Assembly: GCA_964016885.1 (NCBI GenBank)
Contig: OZ024752.1
Span: 18,600,001-18,664,000 of the forward strand
Direction of reading: 5' to 3'
DNA length: 64,000 nt
Source of the DNA: Eledone cirrhosa
Lineage: Eukaryota
How positions within the stretch are numbered: the first letter of the stretch is position 1; every line of letters begins with the position of its first letter. Made by a program: the position numbers and the translations under genes. Below, piece by piece: positions 30,001 through 40,721 of the stretch. The notes under the pieces are model-generated. The model searched no databases, was not told the DNA's origin, and was given only the letters and a program-made list of their open reading frames with translations.

Positions 30001-33000
30001 GGTGAAAGACTAGTTGTGTGGTCACTGTGGTGTAGAATGTAGGTGAAAGGCTAGTTGTGTGGTCATTGTGGCGTAGAATGTAGGTGAAAGACTAGTTGTG
30101 TGGTCACTGTAGTGTAGAATGTAGGTGAAAGACTAGTTGTGTGGTCACTGTGGTGTAGAAGTAGGTGAAAGACTAGTTGTGTGGTCACTGTGGTGTAGAA
30201 TGTAGGTGAAAGACTAGTTGTGTGGTCATTGTGGTGTAGAATGTAGGTGAAAGACTAGTTGTGTGGTCACTGTGGTGTAGAAGTAGGTGAAAGACTAGTT
30301 GTGTGGTCATTGTGGTGTAGAAGTAGGTGAAAGACTAGTTGTGTGGTCACTGTGGCGTAGAATGTAGGTGAAAGACTAGTTGTGTGGTCACTGTGGTGTA
30401 GAATGTAGGTGAAAGACTAGTTGTGTGGTCACTGTGGTGTAGAAGTAGGTGAAAGACTAGTTGTGTTGTCATTGTGGTGTAGAAGTAGGTGAAAGACTAG
30501 TTGTGTGGTCATTGTGGTGTAGAAGTAGGTGAAAGACTAGTTGTGTGGTCACTGTGGTGTAGAATGTAGGTGAAAGACTAGTTGTGTGGTCATTGTGGTG
30601 TAGAATGTAGGTGAAAGACTAGTTGTGTGGTCACTGTGGTGTAGAAGTAGGTGAAAGACTAGTTGTGTGGTCATTGTGGTGTAGAAGTAGGTGAAAGACT
30701 AGTTGTGTGGTCATTGTGGTGTAGAAGTAGGTGAAAGACTAGTTGTGTGGTCACTGTAGTGTAGAATGTAGGTGAAAGACTAGTTGTGTGGTCACTGTGG
30801 TGTAGAATGTAGGTGAAAGACTAGTTGTGTGGTCACTGTGGTGTAGAATGTAGGTGAATGACTAGTTGTGTGGTCATTGTGGTGTAGAATGTAGGTGAAA
30901 GACTAGTTGTGTGGTCACTGTGGTGTAGAATGTAGGTGAAAGACTAGTTGTGTGGTCATTGTGGTGTAGAAGTAGGTGAAAGACTAGTTGTGTGGTCACT
31001 GTGGTGTAGAATGTAGGTGAATGACTAGTTGTGTGGTCACTGTGGTGTAGAATATAGGTGAAAGACTAGTTGTGTGGTCACTGTGGTGTAGAATGTAGGT
31101 GAAAGACTAGTTGTGTGGTCATTGTGGTGTAGAATGTAGGTGAAAGACTAGTTGTGTGGTCACTGTGGTGTAGAAGTAGGTGAAAGACTAGTTGTGTGGT
31201 CACTGTGGTGTAGAAGTAGGTGAAAGACTAGTTGTGTGGTCACTGTGGTGTAGAATGTAGGTGAAAGACTAGTTGTGTGGTCATTGTGGTGTAGAATGTA
31301 GGTGAAAGACTAGTTGTGTGGTCACTGTGGTGTAGAAGTAGGTGAAAGACTAGTTGTGTGTTCATTGTGGTGTAGAAGTAGGTGAAAGACTAGTTGTGTG
31401 GTCACTGTGGTGTAGAATGTAGGTGAAAGACTAGTTGTGTGGTCACTGGTGTAGAATGAAGGTGAAAGACTAGTTGTGTGGTCACTGTGGTGTAGAAGTA
31501 GGTAAAAGAAGTTGTGTGGTCACTGTGGTGTAGAAGTAGGTGAAAGACGTTGTGTGGTCACTGGTGTAGAAGTAGGTGAAAGACGTGTGGTCACTGTGGT
31601 GTAGAATGTAGGTGAAAGATTAGTTGTGTGGTCACTGTGGTGTAGAATGTAGGTGAAAGAAGTTGTGTGGTCACTGTGGTGTAGAAGTAGGTGAAAGACG
31701 TTGTGTGGTCACTGTGGTGTAGAATGTAGGTGAAAGACTAGTTGTGTGGTCACTGTGGTGTAGAATGTAGGTGAAAGACTAGTTATGTGGTCACTGTGGT
31801 GTAGAATGTAGGTGAAAGACTAGTTGTGTGGTCACTGGGTGTAGAATGTAGGTGAAAGACTAGTTGTGTGGTCACTGTGGTGTAGAATGTAGGTGAAAGA
31901 CTAGTTGTGTGGTCACTGTGGTGTAGAATGTAGGTGAAAGACTAGTTGTGTGGTCACTGTGGTGTAGAATGTAGGTGAAAGACTAGTTGTGTGGTCACTG
32001 TGGTGTAGAATGTAGGTGAAAGACTAGTTGTGTGGTCACTGTGGTGTAGAATGTAGGTGAAAGACTAGTTGTGTGGTTACTGTGTGTAGAATGTAGGTGA
32101 AAGACTAGTTGTGTGGTCATTGTGGTGTAGAAGTAGGTGAAAGACTAGTTGTGTGGTCACTGTGGTGTAGAATGTAGGTGAAAGGCTAGTTGTGTGGTCA
32201 TTGTGGCGTAGAATGTAGGTGAAAGACTAGTTGTGTGGTCACTGTAGTGTAGAATGTAGGTGAAAGACTAGTTGTGTGGTCACTGCGGTGTAGAAGTAGG
32301 TGAAAGACTAGTTGTGTGGTCACTGTGGTGTAGAATGTAGGTGAAAGACTAGTTGTGTGGTCACTGTGGTGTAGAATGTAGGTGAAAGACTAGTTGTGTG
32401 GTCACTGTGGTGTAGAAGTAGGTGAAAGACTAGTTGTGTGGTCACTGTGGTGTAGAATGTAGGTGAAAGACTAGTTGTGTGGTCACTATGGTGTAGAATG
32501 TAGGTGAAAGACTAGTTGTGTGGTCACTGTGGTGTAGAAGTAGGTGAAAGACTAGTTGTGTGGTCACTGTGGTGTAGAAGTAGGTGAAAGACTAGTTGTG
32601 TGGTCACTGTGGTGTAGAATGTAGGTGAAAGACTAGTTGTGTTGTCACTGTGGCGTAGAATGTAGGTGAAAGACTAGTTGTGTGGTCACTGTGGTGTAGA
32701 AGTAGGGGAAAGACTAGTTGTGTGGTCATTGTGGTGTAGAAGTAGGTGAAAGACTAGTTGTGTGGTCATTGTGGTGTAGAAGTAGGTGAAAGACTAGTTG
32801 TGTGGTCACTGTGGCGTAGAATGTAGGTGAAAGACTAGTTGTGTGGTCACTGTGGTGTAGAATGTAGGTGAAAGACTAGTTGTGTGGTCACTGTGGTGTA
32901 GAATGTAGGTGAAAGACTAGTTGTGTGGTCACTGTGGTGTAGAAGTAGGTGAAAGACGTTGTGTGGTCACTGGTGTAGAATGTAGGTGAAAGATTAGTTG

Positions 33001-33200
33001 TGTGGTCACTGTGGTGTAGAATGTAGGTGAAAGATTAGTTGTGTGGTCACTGTGGTGTAGAATGTAGGTGAAAGATTAGCTGTGTGGTCACTGTGGTGTA
33101 GAAGTAGGTGAAAGACGTTGTGTGGTCACTGTGGTGTAGAATGTAGGTGAAAGACTAATTGTGTGGTCACTGTGGTGTAGAAGTAGGTGAAAGAAGTTGG
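1..33200. repeat. Satellite array, 40/41-bp monomer GTGGTCACTGTGGTGTAGAA(T)GTAGGTGAAAGACTAGTTGT, roughly 800 copies, open at the left window edge
   Basis: Uninterrupted head-to-tail monomers; main variants AGAATGTAGG/AGAAGTAGG and CACTG/CATTG; nearly every monomer has ACTAGT (SpeI); G/T-rich + strand; ends about 33200. Confidence 0.99.
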
Positions 33201-33849
33201 GTGTACTTGGTACAGTATGATCAAACAATGTGGGTGCGCAAGTAAGTGTTCATTATGATGAATCTTTGGGTAAGTGATTTACCCTGACCACTTAGGAAAT
33301 GATATATATCGACTGCAATAACACAAAACCTCAATGTTACTAATTTATTAAATAGAACTTTTGTCAAAGTTATATGAGAATACATGAAGCACAAATAATC
33401 ACAGTTTAATTGTGTGATGTTAGGTACCAGGGGTGATGGGTATGTGTGTTTGCTTGCAAAAATATTATTAAAAATGTATTTACCAAACGTCTGTTAATGT
33501 AATGAATTTCATTGGTCTGGCAGAGAGAGATAGACCCAAAGGGGTTTGTGTGAAACAGCTGACTACTATATCTTAGCTGGTTTGTAGGAACTCTGCAACT
33601 CCTCCCTCTGACTCTGAGAGCCAGATATTTATCACTATCGCTCATTCTGTCTCTGGAACACATGAACAAGCAGATGGCTATTTGCTATGTCAATCTGTCA
33701 GACATCTTGGCAACTAAAAACCAATTCACAATGGAAACTTCTCTATGCGCCCACCAAGGGTCAGCTTAATGGTGACCACTTGATAGGGTGAAAGAAACTC
33801 TATTGAAGAGTGTATCAAATTACTGCTACATATATATATATACTGGTTG

Positions 33850-34425
33850 TGTGCTCAATACAAAGCTTGACCACTCCAGTGTAGATGATGCTCAGTTCTG
33901 GCATGAGATCTTATGTGGCTTTTTATACCAGACATACTTTTAAAAAGCCATCCACATAAATGGTATGTGGTTTTGATGCAGCTTCGACTGCTTGTGTATC
34001 TTGATGAACCTTGAAATGTCTTTTTAGACCTCCTTGAGATTTGCAAAACTTGTGGCATTGATAAGGGTGAACTGGTATATTCTAAACTCAGTAGGGAGTA
34101 CCCTATAGTATGATCTTATGTTAGGTTGAAGTCCAGCCTCTGTCATTCAGTTTCTGCCATCAACTGTACAAGTAGAAGTCCCATTAATTTCATGTTCCCC
34201 CAGTGGCTGTTTTTTTCTTATATTCCTCTTAATATTTGCTTGCATTTGCCTGTTTTCATACCACCCCATATATTTGAACACCAGATAGAGTGATCCACTA
34301 CGAGACTTACCAGGTTTCTGGGGTCAATTCCTATATTCCTCAAGTTTTCCTCCAATGCATGCTTGAATCTTTCCTTTGACTTACTCTATTTTCTTTTTTC
34401 CTGAGCAGTTACTTAGGAATACACT
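33850..34425 (-). mobile_element. Decayed RTE/BovB-like LINE 3' part (left of the LTR insertion)
   Basis: Minus-strand remnants CIPK*LL (cf. RIPKQLL) and a C-terminal HLCGWLFKSMSGIKSHIRSH motif; reading continues from 36413-36515. Confidence 0.65.
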
Positions 34426-34771
34426 TATTGCAAGATACTGGGTTGCATGAATGTAACAAGGAATACATTGTTTGTGTGTATAATATTTAATTAACAATGG
34501 TAGATAGTATAGTTGACATGTCAAAGAAATAGATGAAAGAATGAAACAAAGTTAGTCGTTACCGTTTTGATTGCCAGGCAAACGCGGCTAGCAGAGGACG
34601 CCTGGCTAAGGCCAGCCAGGCCAAATGAGAGACTCTTGGCCTGGTGCCGAAAAGGCAATGAGATAGTGAGAACTTAGAGTTGTTAGTTTTATAGGGTTCT
34701 GACCGGAAGTTGCAGAAAGGGTTCTACTTCCCGTGTAGATGTTAATCCAAACAAGGGAGACAACCGCTACC
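34426..34771 (-). repeat. 3' LTR
   Basis: Direct repeat of 36062-36408 with few substitutions; CCCTATAAAA TATA-like box on the minus strand. Confidence 0.9.
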
Positions 34772-35426
34772 TAACCTCCCGCCAGAATTTTAGTGTATAA
34801 AAATCGAAATGAAAATATGTAGCAAGTTGGCGAGAATGTTGTAACAGGCATGAAAATTACGACAAAAGAATGTTTGCAAAAATTAATGATAGATGTCAAG
34901 GTAGCCAACCGCTCTTGGCCAGAGAACGACTGGACATCTATCTATCCATCACCCAAAGATACAATGTAATAAAGTAAGAGAAGAGCTCAAAGTTCAAATG
35001 TACAAAATATAGTTCACAGGTGTGCAATCACATGACAGCAGGAAAGAAGTGTGTTCCAGAGAATGAATGCAGGTGGTTTCTGTTCTGTGGTATATCGTGA
35101 AATTTCCAACTTCCGAATGGATTTTCTCACAGGAAGAGTGCTGCAAAAATAAATTCTCTGGCTTTGGTTGTTGGTGAAGCTGTGTTGATGTATCGCTGCT
35201 GCTGCTGCTGTTGTCTCGCTGAGTGAGCGTATTCGGTGTTTAAATTCACAGTAAAAAAAAAATTTTTCAGAAAAAAATGAGTTGCGCAAAGTGCTAGAAA
35301 TAGCAGCCGAAGTTGATGGTCGATGTTGAGAATGCGTTGACCTGGAAGGGTCAAGAGGCCAGCGACCAGAGAAATAAGCATTCTTAATAAATGCGCGGTT
35401 ATCAACGGTAAATTTACATTGTAAAT

Positions 35427-35633
35427 TTATAAACCGGCAAATAGAAGAATATAGCTTAAGGCTGAAGAATCCTTGGCGAGAAATGTTATCTCTGGCGTGC
35501 GGCTATCTCTGTGAGTCGAGAATTTGTGCTGCCTACACGTGCCAATACAAGGTTGAAAAAATAATATTTCTAACGCGCGAGAAAATGATAGTGCAATTTT
35601 GAAAGTGACAATGATGAAAAAGAAAGGCTTCAC
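35427..35633 (-). pseudogene. Degenerate gag N-terminal remnant
   Basis: VTFKIALSFSRALEILFFQ...HKFSTHRDSRTPEITFLAKD loosely resembles the gypsy Gag pattern VxxKLPPFW..P..WF.Q...TKF....L.PE....V.D; lies downstream of the PBS. Confidence 0.4.
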
Positions 35634-36042
35634 TCAGCATAATTATTGGTGTGAACTTTGGAAGAAAAAAAAAAAACTTGAACGATGAAGAAAACGATGA
35701 ACAAAAAGGCAATGGTTCATCGAAAATAAATGTTCCTGTTGAAATGTTTTTTAAAGAATATCCAATTTCTTTTTTTTTTTTTTTTTTTTCTTTTGAAAGA
35801 GTTCGTTGTAAGAAACGAGAAACATATATATATATCGTGAAATGCGACAGTTAGTTGATGCGTGAGAGAAAAAGTCTGTCTGTGCGAATTCCACATGTGC
35901 GTGTGTGCGTGTCCTTGAGTATTTTCATAGTTTGTCGATAAATTTGCTGTGTATTCGTAATGTTACTCACACAAAACCAGATGAGCTATTTTTTTCTTTT
36001 TTTGGGGTGACCACTTATAGCGATGAACGGCTGCGTGTTCGT

Positions 36043-36060
36043 ATCACGTCAGGGTTACCA
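36043..36060 (-). promoter_or_regulatory. Primer-binding site, tRNA-Trp type
   Basis: Minus strand TGGTAACCCTGACGTGAT matches 16/18 of TGGTGACCCCGACGTGAT (complement of the eukaryotic tRNA-Trp 3' end), 1 nt from the LTR. Confidence 0.85.
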
Positions 36061-36061
36061 A

Positions 36062-36408
36062 TATGGTGAGAGTACTGGGTTGCATGAATGTAACAAGGAA
36101 TACATTGTTTGTGTGTATAATATTTAATTAACAATGGTAGATAGTATAGTTGACATGTCAAAGAAATAGATGAAAGAATGAAACAAAGTTAGTCGTTACT
36201 GTTTTGATTGCCAGGCAAACGCGGCTGGCAGAGGACGCCTGGCTAAGGCCAGCCAGGCCAAATGAGAGGCTCTTGGCCTGGTGCCGAAAAGGCAATGAGA
36301 GAGTGAGAACTTAGAGTTGTTAGTTTTATAGGGTTCTGACCGGAAGTTGCAGAAAGGGTTCTACTTCCCGTGTAGATGTTAATCCAAACAAGGGAGACAA
36401 CCGCTACA
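36062..36408 (-). repeat. 5' LTR
   Basis: Direct repeat of 34426-34771; TG start on the minus strand; adjacent PBS. Confidence 0.9.
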
Positions 36409-36412
36409 CACT

Positions 36413-36515
36413 CGTCAGCCATGCGGACTATATGTCTAGATAGCTGCAGTTGGGTTTTCAAAATTATTGCCTTGATGGAACAAATACCAGATGCAGCTAG
36501 AATGTTAGAGAGATC
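36413..36515 (-). mobile_element. RTE/BovB-like LINE fragment (right of the LTR insertion)
   Basis: KTQLQLSRHIVRMADE resembles the QLRWAGHVVRM motif; joins CIPK across the CACT TSD. Confidence 0.7.
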
Positions 36516-37231
36516 TAGGCTGAGTGCTGCATCACTGGAATGAAAATCAGTGCTGCAAAAACTGAGACGCTTTTCTTCTGAAGGAAGCCTGCATAGTGCA
36601 CTTTATATGTAAATGGAGTTCCATTGAAGTAGAAGGAGAAGTTTAAGTATCATGAGTGATGGAAGGCAGGAGGCTGAATTAAGTACAAGAATTGCAGGAG
36701 CTGATACAGTAATATACCAGCTTCAGTAATCAGAAGAAGGGAGGTAGGTGTAAAAGTCAAACTCGCTATCTTCAATTTGGTATTCGAGCCAACCCTTACC
36801 TATGGTCATGAATCTAGGGTAATGACCGAAAGAATATGATTGCTGAATTGGGATTTCTTCCGAAGGGTCTTTGGAGTAACATTACTCAATAGAGTAACAT
36901 TACTCATAGCTAGGAGATCAGAGAGTCACTCCAGGCAGAGCCGCTACTTCTCTAAATTGAGAGATCACAGCTTTGACGACCATGGATTTATAGTTTGAAT
37001 GTCTTGCGAAAGAATCGCTGGACAGATTTTACAAGAAAAAAAATAACCAACAGGAGACCCAGGGGTACACCCCGAGCAAGATGGTTGAACAACATCTATG
37101 AGCTTGGCTGGTCTCGCTTATGGATTCAGCTGGATCAGTTGGAGACTGTTGCTTCTGACAGGACCAGTTGGAAGGAGTGTTTGAGGACTCTGCTCCCATG
37201 ACCCTCTCAGGAATAAGTGGGTGAAGAAGAT
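36516..37231 (+). mobile_element. Decayed RTE-clade LINE 3' fragment (second family, GAAGAAGA tail)
   Basis: Remnants GMKISAAKTE, EKFKY, PTLTYGHES, RRPRGTPRARWL; homologous to 39850-40315 and 51361-51541. Confidence 0.8.
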
Positions 37232-37343
37232 GTATTTACATGCCTATGTATGTACACACACACACACATGTATAATATCTTTATATATTTATATGTTTAA
37301 AGATATAATTCTATAATTGTTGGTATATATAATATATGATATA

Positions 37344-37371
<28 letters not shown>

Positions 37372-37376
<5 letters not shown>

Positions 37377-37919
37377 AAGTGTTAAAACAATCAAATCTTA
37401 GTTTAATACATTTATTTGCTGACAATTGTTTCTTCCAGAAGTAAGTCTGGAATCATCGGAGCGTAAGGAATGTCTAAACAGGTGATTAAAATCCTAGCCA
37501 TTCAGAACATTTAGGTAGATACATAAGCGCTGTTAGTGTTATAGACATCATGTAGTGAATCAGGAGTTAAAAAGATGTTATGCATGAGAGAACACAATTA
37601 TAAGGGCACTGGTTGAAAGTACAGGCAAAAAAAGTTTTTTTTGCTTGTACTTTTTGCTTGTACCTCTTACACTTTCAACCAGTGCCCTTATAATTGTGTT
37701 CTCTCATGCATAACATCTTTTTAACTCCTGATTCACTACATGATGTCTATAACACTAACAGCGCTTATGTATCTACCTAAATGTTCTGAATGGCTAGGAT
37801 TTTAATCACCTGTTTAGACATTCCTTACGCTCCGATGATTCCAGACTTACTTCTGGAAGAAACAATTGTCAGCAAATAAATGTATTAAACTAAGATTTGA
37901 TTGTTTTAACACTTTGTAT
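37372..37919. repeat. Long, near-perfect inverted repeat (249-bp arms, 50-bp spacer), probable Penelope-like terminal remnant
   Basis: 37372-37620 is the reverse complement of 37671-37919; left arm abuts (TA)n; arms contain a hammerhead-like motif followed by AATAAA. Confidence 0.9.
37829..37873 (+). ncRNA. Minimal type I hammerhead ribozyme-like motif (mirror copy 37418-37462, minus strand)
   Basis: GCT-CCGATGA-TTCCAGA[CTTACT]TCTGGAA-GAAA-CAATTG-TC-AGC: core with a U4C change, 7-bp stem II, palindromic stem III ACAATTGT, GUC site, only 3-bp stem I. Confidence 0.55.
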
Positions 37920-38052
37920 CCCGGCTCTGTAAAACACTTGATAATTTGCATTGAGCCTTTTGTCATATCGGTAACTGGCTAGTACTTAGTACTACCCTCC
38001 ATATTTATAGTTGTATATTAAACATATATAAGTATAAATATTGTTATTATTA

Positions 38053-38073
<21 letters not shown>

Positions 38074-38087
<14 letters not shown>

Positions 38088-38519
38088 AGTTTGAAGAATA
38101 GTCAGACAAAATTTATACAATTTTTTCTTCTTAGTCTGTAGAAATCAACTAGATAAATAATCATTTAAACGGAACTAAGTTTAAAATGTAACTTTGAAGA
38201 AATAACAGATAAATATTATCGATATTCCTTTATGAGGAACAGTCAGGTAAGATTTACCTAATCTTTCCTCTTAGATTTAGCTCCGTTTAAATGATTATAT
38301 GCCTAGTTAATTTCTTCAGATTAAGAGGAAAGATTAGGTAAATCTTACCTGACTTCCTCATAAAGAAATATCGATAACATTTATCTGTTATTTCTTCAAA
38401 GTTACATTTTAAACTTAGTTCCGTTTAAATGATTATTTATCTAGTTTATTTCTATGGACTAAGAAGAAAAAATTGTATAAATTTTGTCTGACTATTCTTC
38501 AAACTTATAATTTTATATA
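38074..38519. repeat. Imperfect inverted repeat (~200-bp arms)
   Basis: 38074-38273 is approximately the reverse complement of 38322-38519; left arm abuts (TA)n; internal ~140-bp diverged direct repeat. Confidence 0.9.
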
Positions 38520-38644
38520 GCTCTGATTAATAATTATTTCTTTAATTCATTCACTCACCAAACCACACCGCTGAAGGTAACCAACATGACTCTGATTATA
38601 TATATGTCCTCCATGAATTATATATATATATATATATATATATA

Positions 38645-38975
38645 ATTTCATTTTACGTCCGCTTTTCCCCTACTTGCAAGGGTGGGACAGGAACTGATTC
38701 TGGCTTGATTTCTACAGCTGGATGCCCTTCCTAACACCAACCTCATTTACTGTGAGAGCTGGGTGCTTTTTTTTCCGTGGCACCTACACATCCACTCTGG
38801 AGTGGAATGATAGGGACTCCAGTCCCTATCATCTCATTTCTACAGCTGAGTAAACTGGAGCAATGTGAAATAAAGTGTCTTGCTCAAGGAAACAACACAT
38901 CACCCAGTCTGAGAATTGAACTCACAACCTTTCGATTGCAAGGCCAATGCTGTAACCACTAAGCCATGTGCCTCC
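38645..38975 (-). mobile_element. tRNA-derived SINE family A (RTE-tailed), full length
   Basis: Minus strand: A box TGGCTTAGTGG, B box GAGTTCAATTC, CORE-like CCTTGAGCAAGACACTTT, 3' end CCCACCCTTGCAAG..AAAAGCGGACGTAAAATGA shared with the RTE LINE; copies at 40335 and 50090. Confidence 0.9.
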
Positions 38976-39176
38976 ATTATATATATTATATTGTTATAAA
39001 TTGAAGTGAAAACTAACAGGTGCGTGTGTTTTTATTGGCAGCCTGACCCTCCCAAAGCACTATCTGTTTTCAGAAGAAATCTCGCAAAACAAATTGAAAA
39101 ACGAATTATATATTATATATATTTATATTATATATATATACCAACATTTATAGAATTATATCTTTAAATATATATA

Positions 39177-39223
39177 TCATCATCATCATTTTACGTCCGC
39201 TTTTCCCTGCTTGCAAGGGTGGG
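39177..39223 (-). mobile_element. 3'-tail-only fragment of the RTE or SINE A
   Basis: (CAT)n TTTACGTCCGCTTTTCCCTGCTTGCAAGGGTGGGA between TA runs. Confidence 0.8.
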
Positions 39224-39239
39224 ATATATATATTATATA

Positions 39240-39345
39240 TACACTGTTCACTTCCTGACATTTGTACATTATTTTATGTACTATACATGCACCTTTCATG
39301 AGTTGTAGTGCACCTGGACACTGTATACAATAGTTTTCATTATAT
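39240..39345 (+). mobile_element. CR1-like LINE 3' UTR fragment
   Basis: Homologous to 55165-55280 (GAGTTGTAGTGCACCTG..CACTGTA, ATT tail). Confidence 0.6.
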
Positions 39346-39353
39346 TAAACAAT

Positions 39354-39421
39354 TAAAATAAAGTACCAGTAATGCACTGAGTAATTGCTGGCCTTGTGCC
39401 TAAAGTAGAAACAATTATTAT
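39354..39421 (+). mobile_element. SINE family B 3' fragment
   Basis: TAAAATAAAGTACCAGTAATGCACTGAG..GCTGGCCTTGTGCC matches 43978-44037 (minus) and 52842-52897. Confidence 0.75.
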
Positions 39422-39849
39422 AAATTAATCTCTCTATATATACACATTCTATATAGAAAAATTATATGGAATTATCAAGGGAGATAACTACAACTAACCA
39501 ATTATATCCCCAAATATCATTCACTGCAAACCTATACTTCGTCTATATCCTGTCTTCGTCTGTTTGTATACATTTATTAATCCCTTGAGATTAATTGACT
39601 TAAAACACCACCAATTCACATTTCCATCTTCTGTGTTCAATATTTTCAAGGTATTTAAACAATTTTTATCATTATTAAGTTTTGGTAAATTTATAGAACA
39701 CCCCCATTTGATTTCAGTGGGAAAAAATAATTGTTTCTCATTTGTTTTTCGTGTGCTATCTAGTAATCCAACCTCGAAGATTCTGGCAGTCGACTTTTTC
39801 CTGGAGACCGGAGTTTTCCCTGCGAGGTTGTTGTTTTTTTCGTGTGTTA

Positions 39850-40315
39850 TCAAACTCGCTATTTTCAATTAGGTATTCGTGTCAACCCTTACCTATGGTC
39901 ATGAATCTTGGGTAATGACCGAAAGAATATGATTGCGAATGCAAACTGCTGAAATGGGGTTCCATTGAAGGGTCCTTTAACTAACGTTACTCGATAGAGT
40001 GTGTAGCTCGGAGAACAAAGAATCGCTCCAGGTAGAGCTGCTACTTCAAATTGAGAGCTCACTGTTCCGATATTATGTGTTTAAAATGTCTCAGGAAAAT
40101 ATCGCTTGCCTGGTTTTACAGGCAAAGCCAACCGGCAGGAAACCCACGGATAGACCCCGAGCAAGATGGTTGGATAACAACCATGAGCTTGGCTGGTCTC
40201 GATTGGGGATCCAGCAGAATCAGTTGGAGACGGTTGCTTCTGACAGGACCTGCTGAAATGAGTGTTTGAGGACTGTAGTCGCACGACCCTCTCGGGACTA
40301 AGTGGCCGAAGAAGA
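39850..40315 (+). mobile_element. RTE-clade LINE 3' fragment (second family)
   Basis: KLAIFN..TLTYGHESWVMTER, KPTGRKPTDRPRARWLD, GAAGAAGA tail; homologous to 36760-37231. Confidence 0.85.
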
Positions 40316-40334
40316 TTATATATATATACATTAT

Positions 40335-40650
40335 GGAGGCACATGGCTTAGTGGTTAGAGCATTGGCCTTGCAATTCTCAGACCGGGTGATGTGTTGTTT
40401 CCTTGAGCAAGACACTTTATTTCCCATTGCTCCAGTTTACTCAGCTGTAGAAATGAGATGATAGGGACCCCAGTCCCTATCATTCCACTGCAAAGTAGTC
40501 GTGGAGGTGCCACGGCAAAAAAGCACCCAGCACTCACTGTAAATGAGGTTGGTATTAGGAAGGGCATCCAGCTGTAGAAATCGAGCCAGAATCAGTTCCC
40601 GTCTCACCCTTGCAAGCAGGGAAAAGTGGACGTAAAATGAAATGAAATGA
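40335..40650 (+). mobile_element. SINE family A copy lacking most of the B box
   Basis: Same sequence as 38645-38975, but TTGCAATCGAAAGGTTGTGAGTTCAATTCTC is collapsed to TTGCAATTCTC (deletion between CAAT repeats); (AAATG)n tail. Confidence 0.9.
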
Positions 40651-40721
40651 TTAGACGTAATAGACAATATAATATACCTACACATCTAATGTACATAAAT
40701 GTAATTTATATATATATATAT

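Larger units (their letters stand above)
34426..36408 (-). mobile_element. Non-autonomous, internally deleted Ty3/gypsy-like LTR retrotransposon (~2 kb)
   Basis: Near-identical ~346-bp direct repeats at 34426-34771 and 36062-36408; minus strand starts TGTAGCGG; PBS next to the 5' LTR; purine tract GGCGGGAGG before the 3' LTR; TSD CACT at 34422-34425 and 36409-36412; no pol. Confidence 0.9.

Noticed and set aside
1-33200. CRISPR-like array or repeat proteins (MTTQLVFHLLLHHSDH...)
   Set aside because: No unique spacers or cas genes and a eukaryotic context; the ORFs arise from chance phasing of 40- and 41-bp units.
33406-33669. 87-aa ORF next to the satellite boundary
   Set aside because: No domain or splice support; length compatible with chance.
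38905-38975. tRNA gene
   Set aside because: The A/B boxes belong to a SINE head continuous with the SINE body; no complete cloverleaf.
39521-39872. Overlapping 115-aa and 102-aa ORFs
   Set aside because: No recognisable motif; AT-rich; the end overlaps an RTE fragment. Possibly an unclassified repeat.
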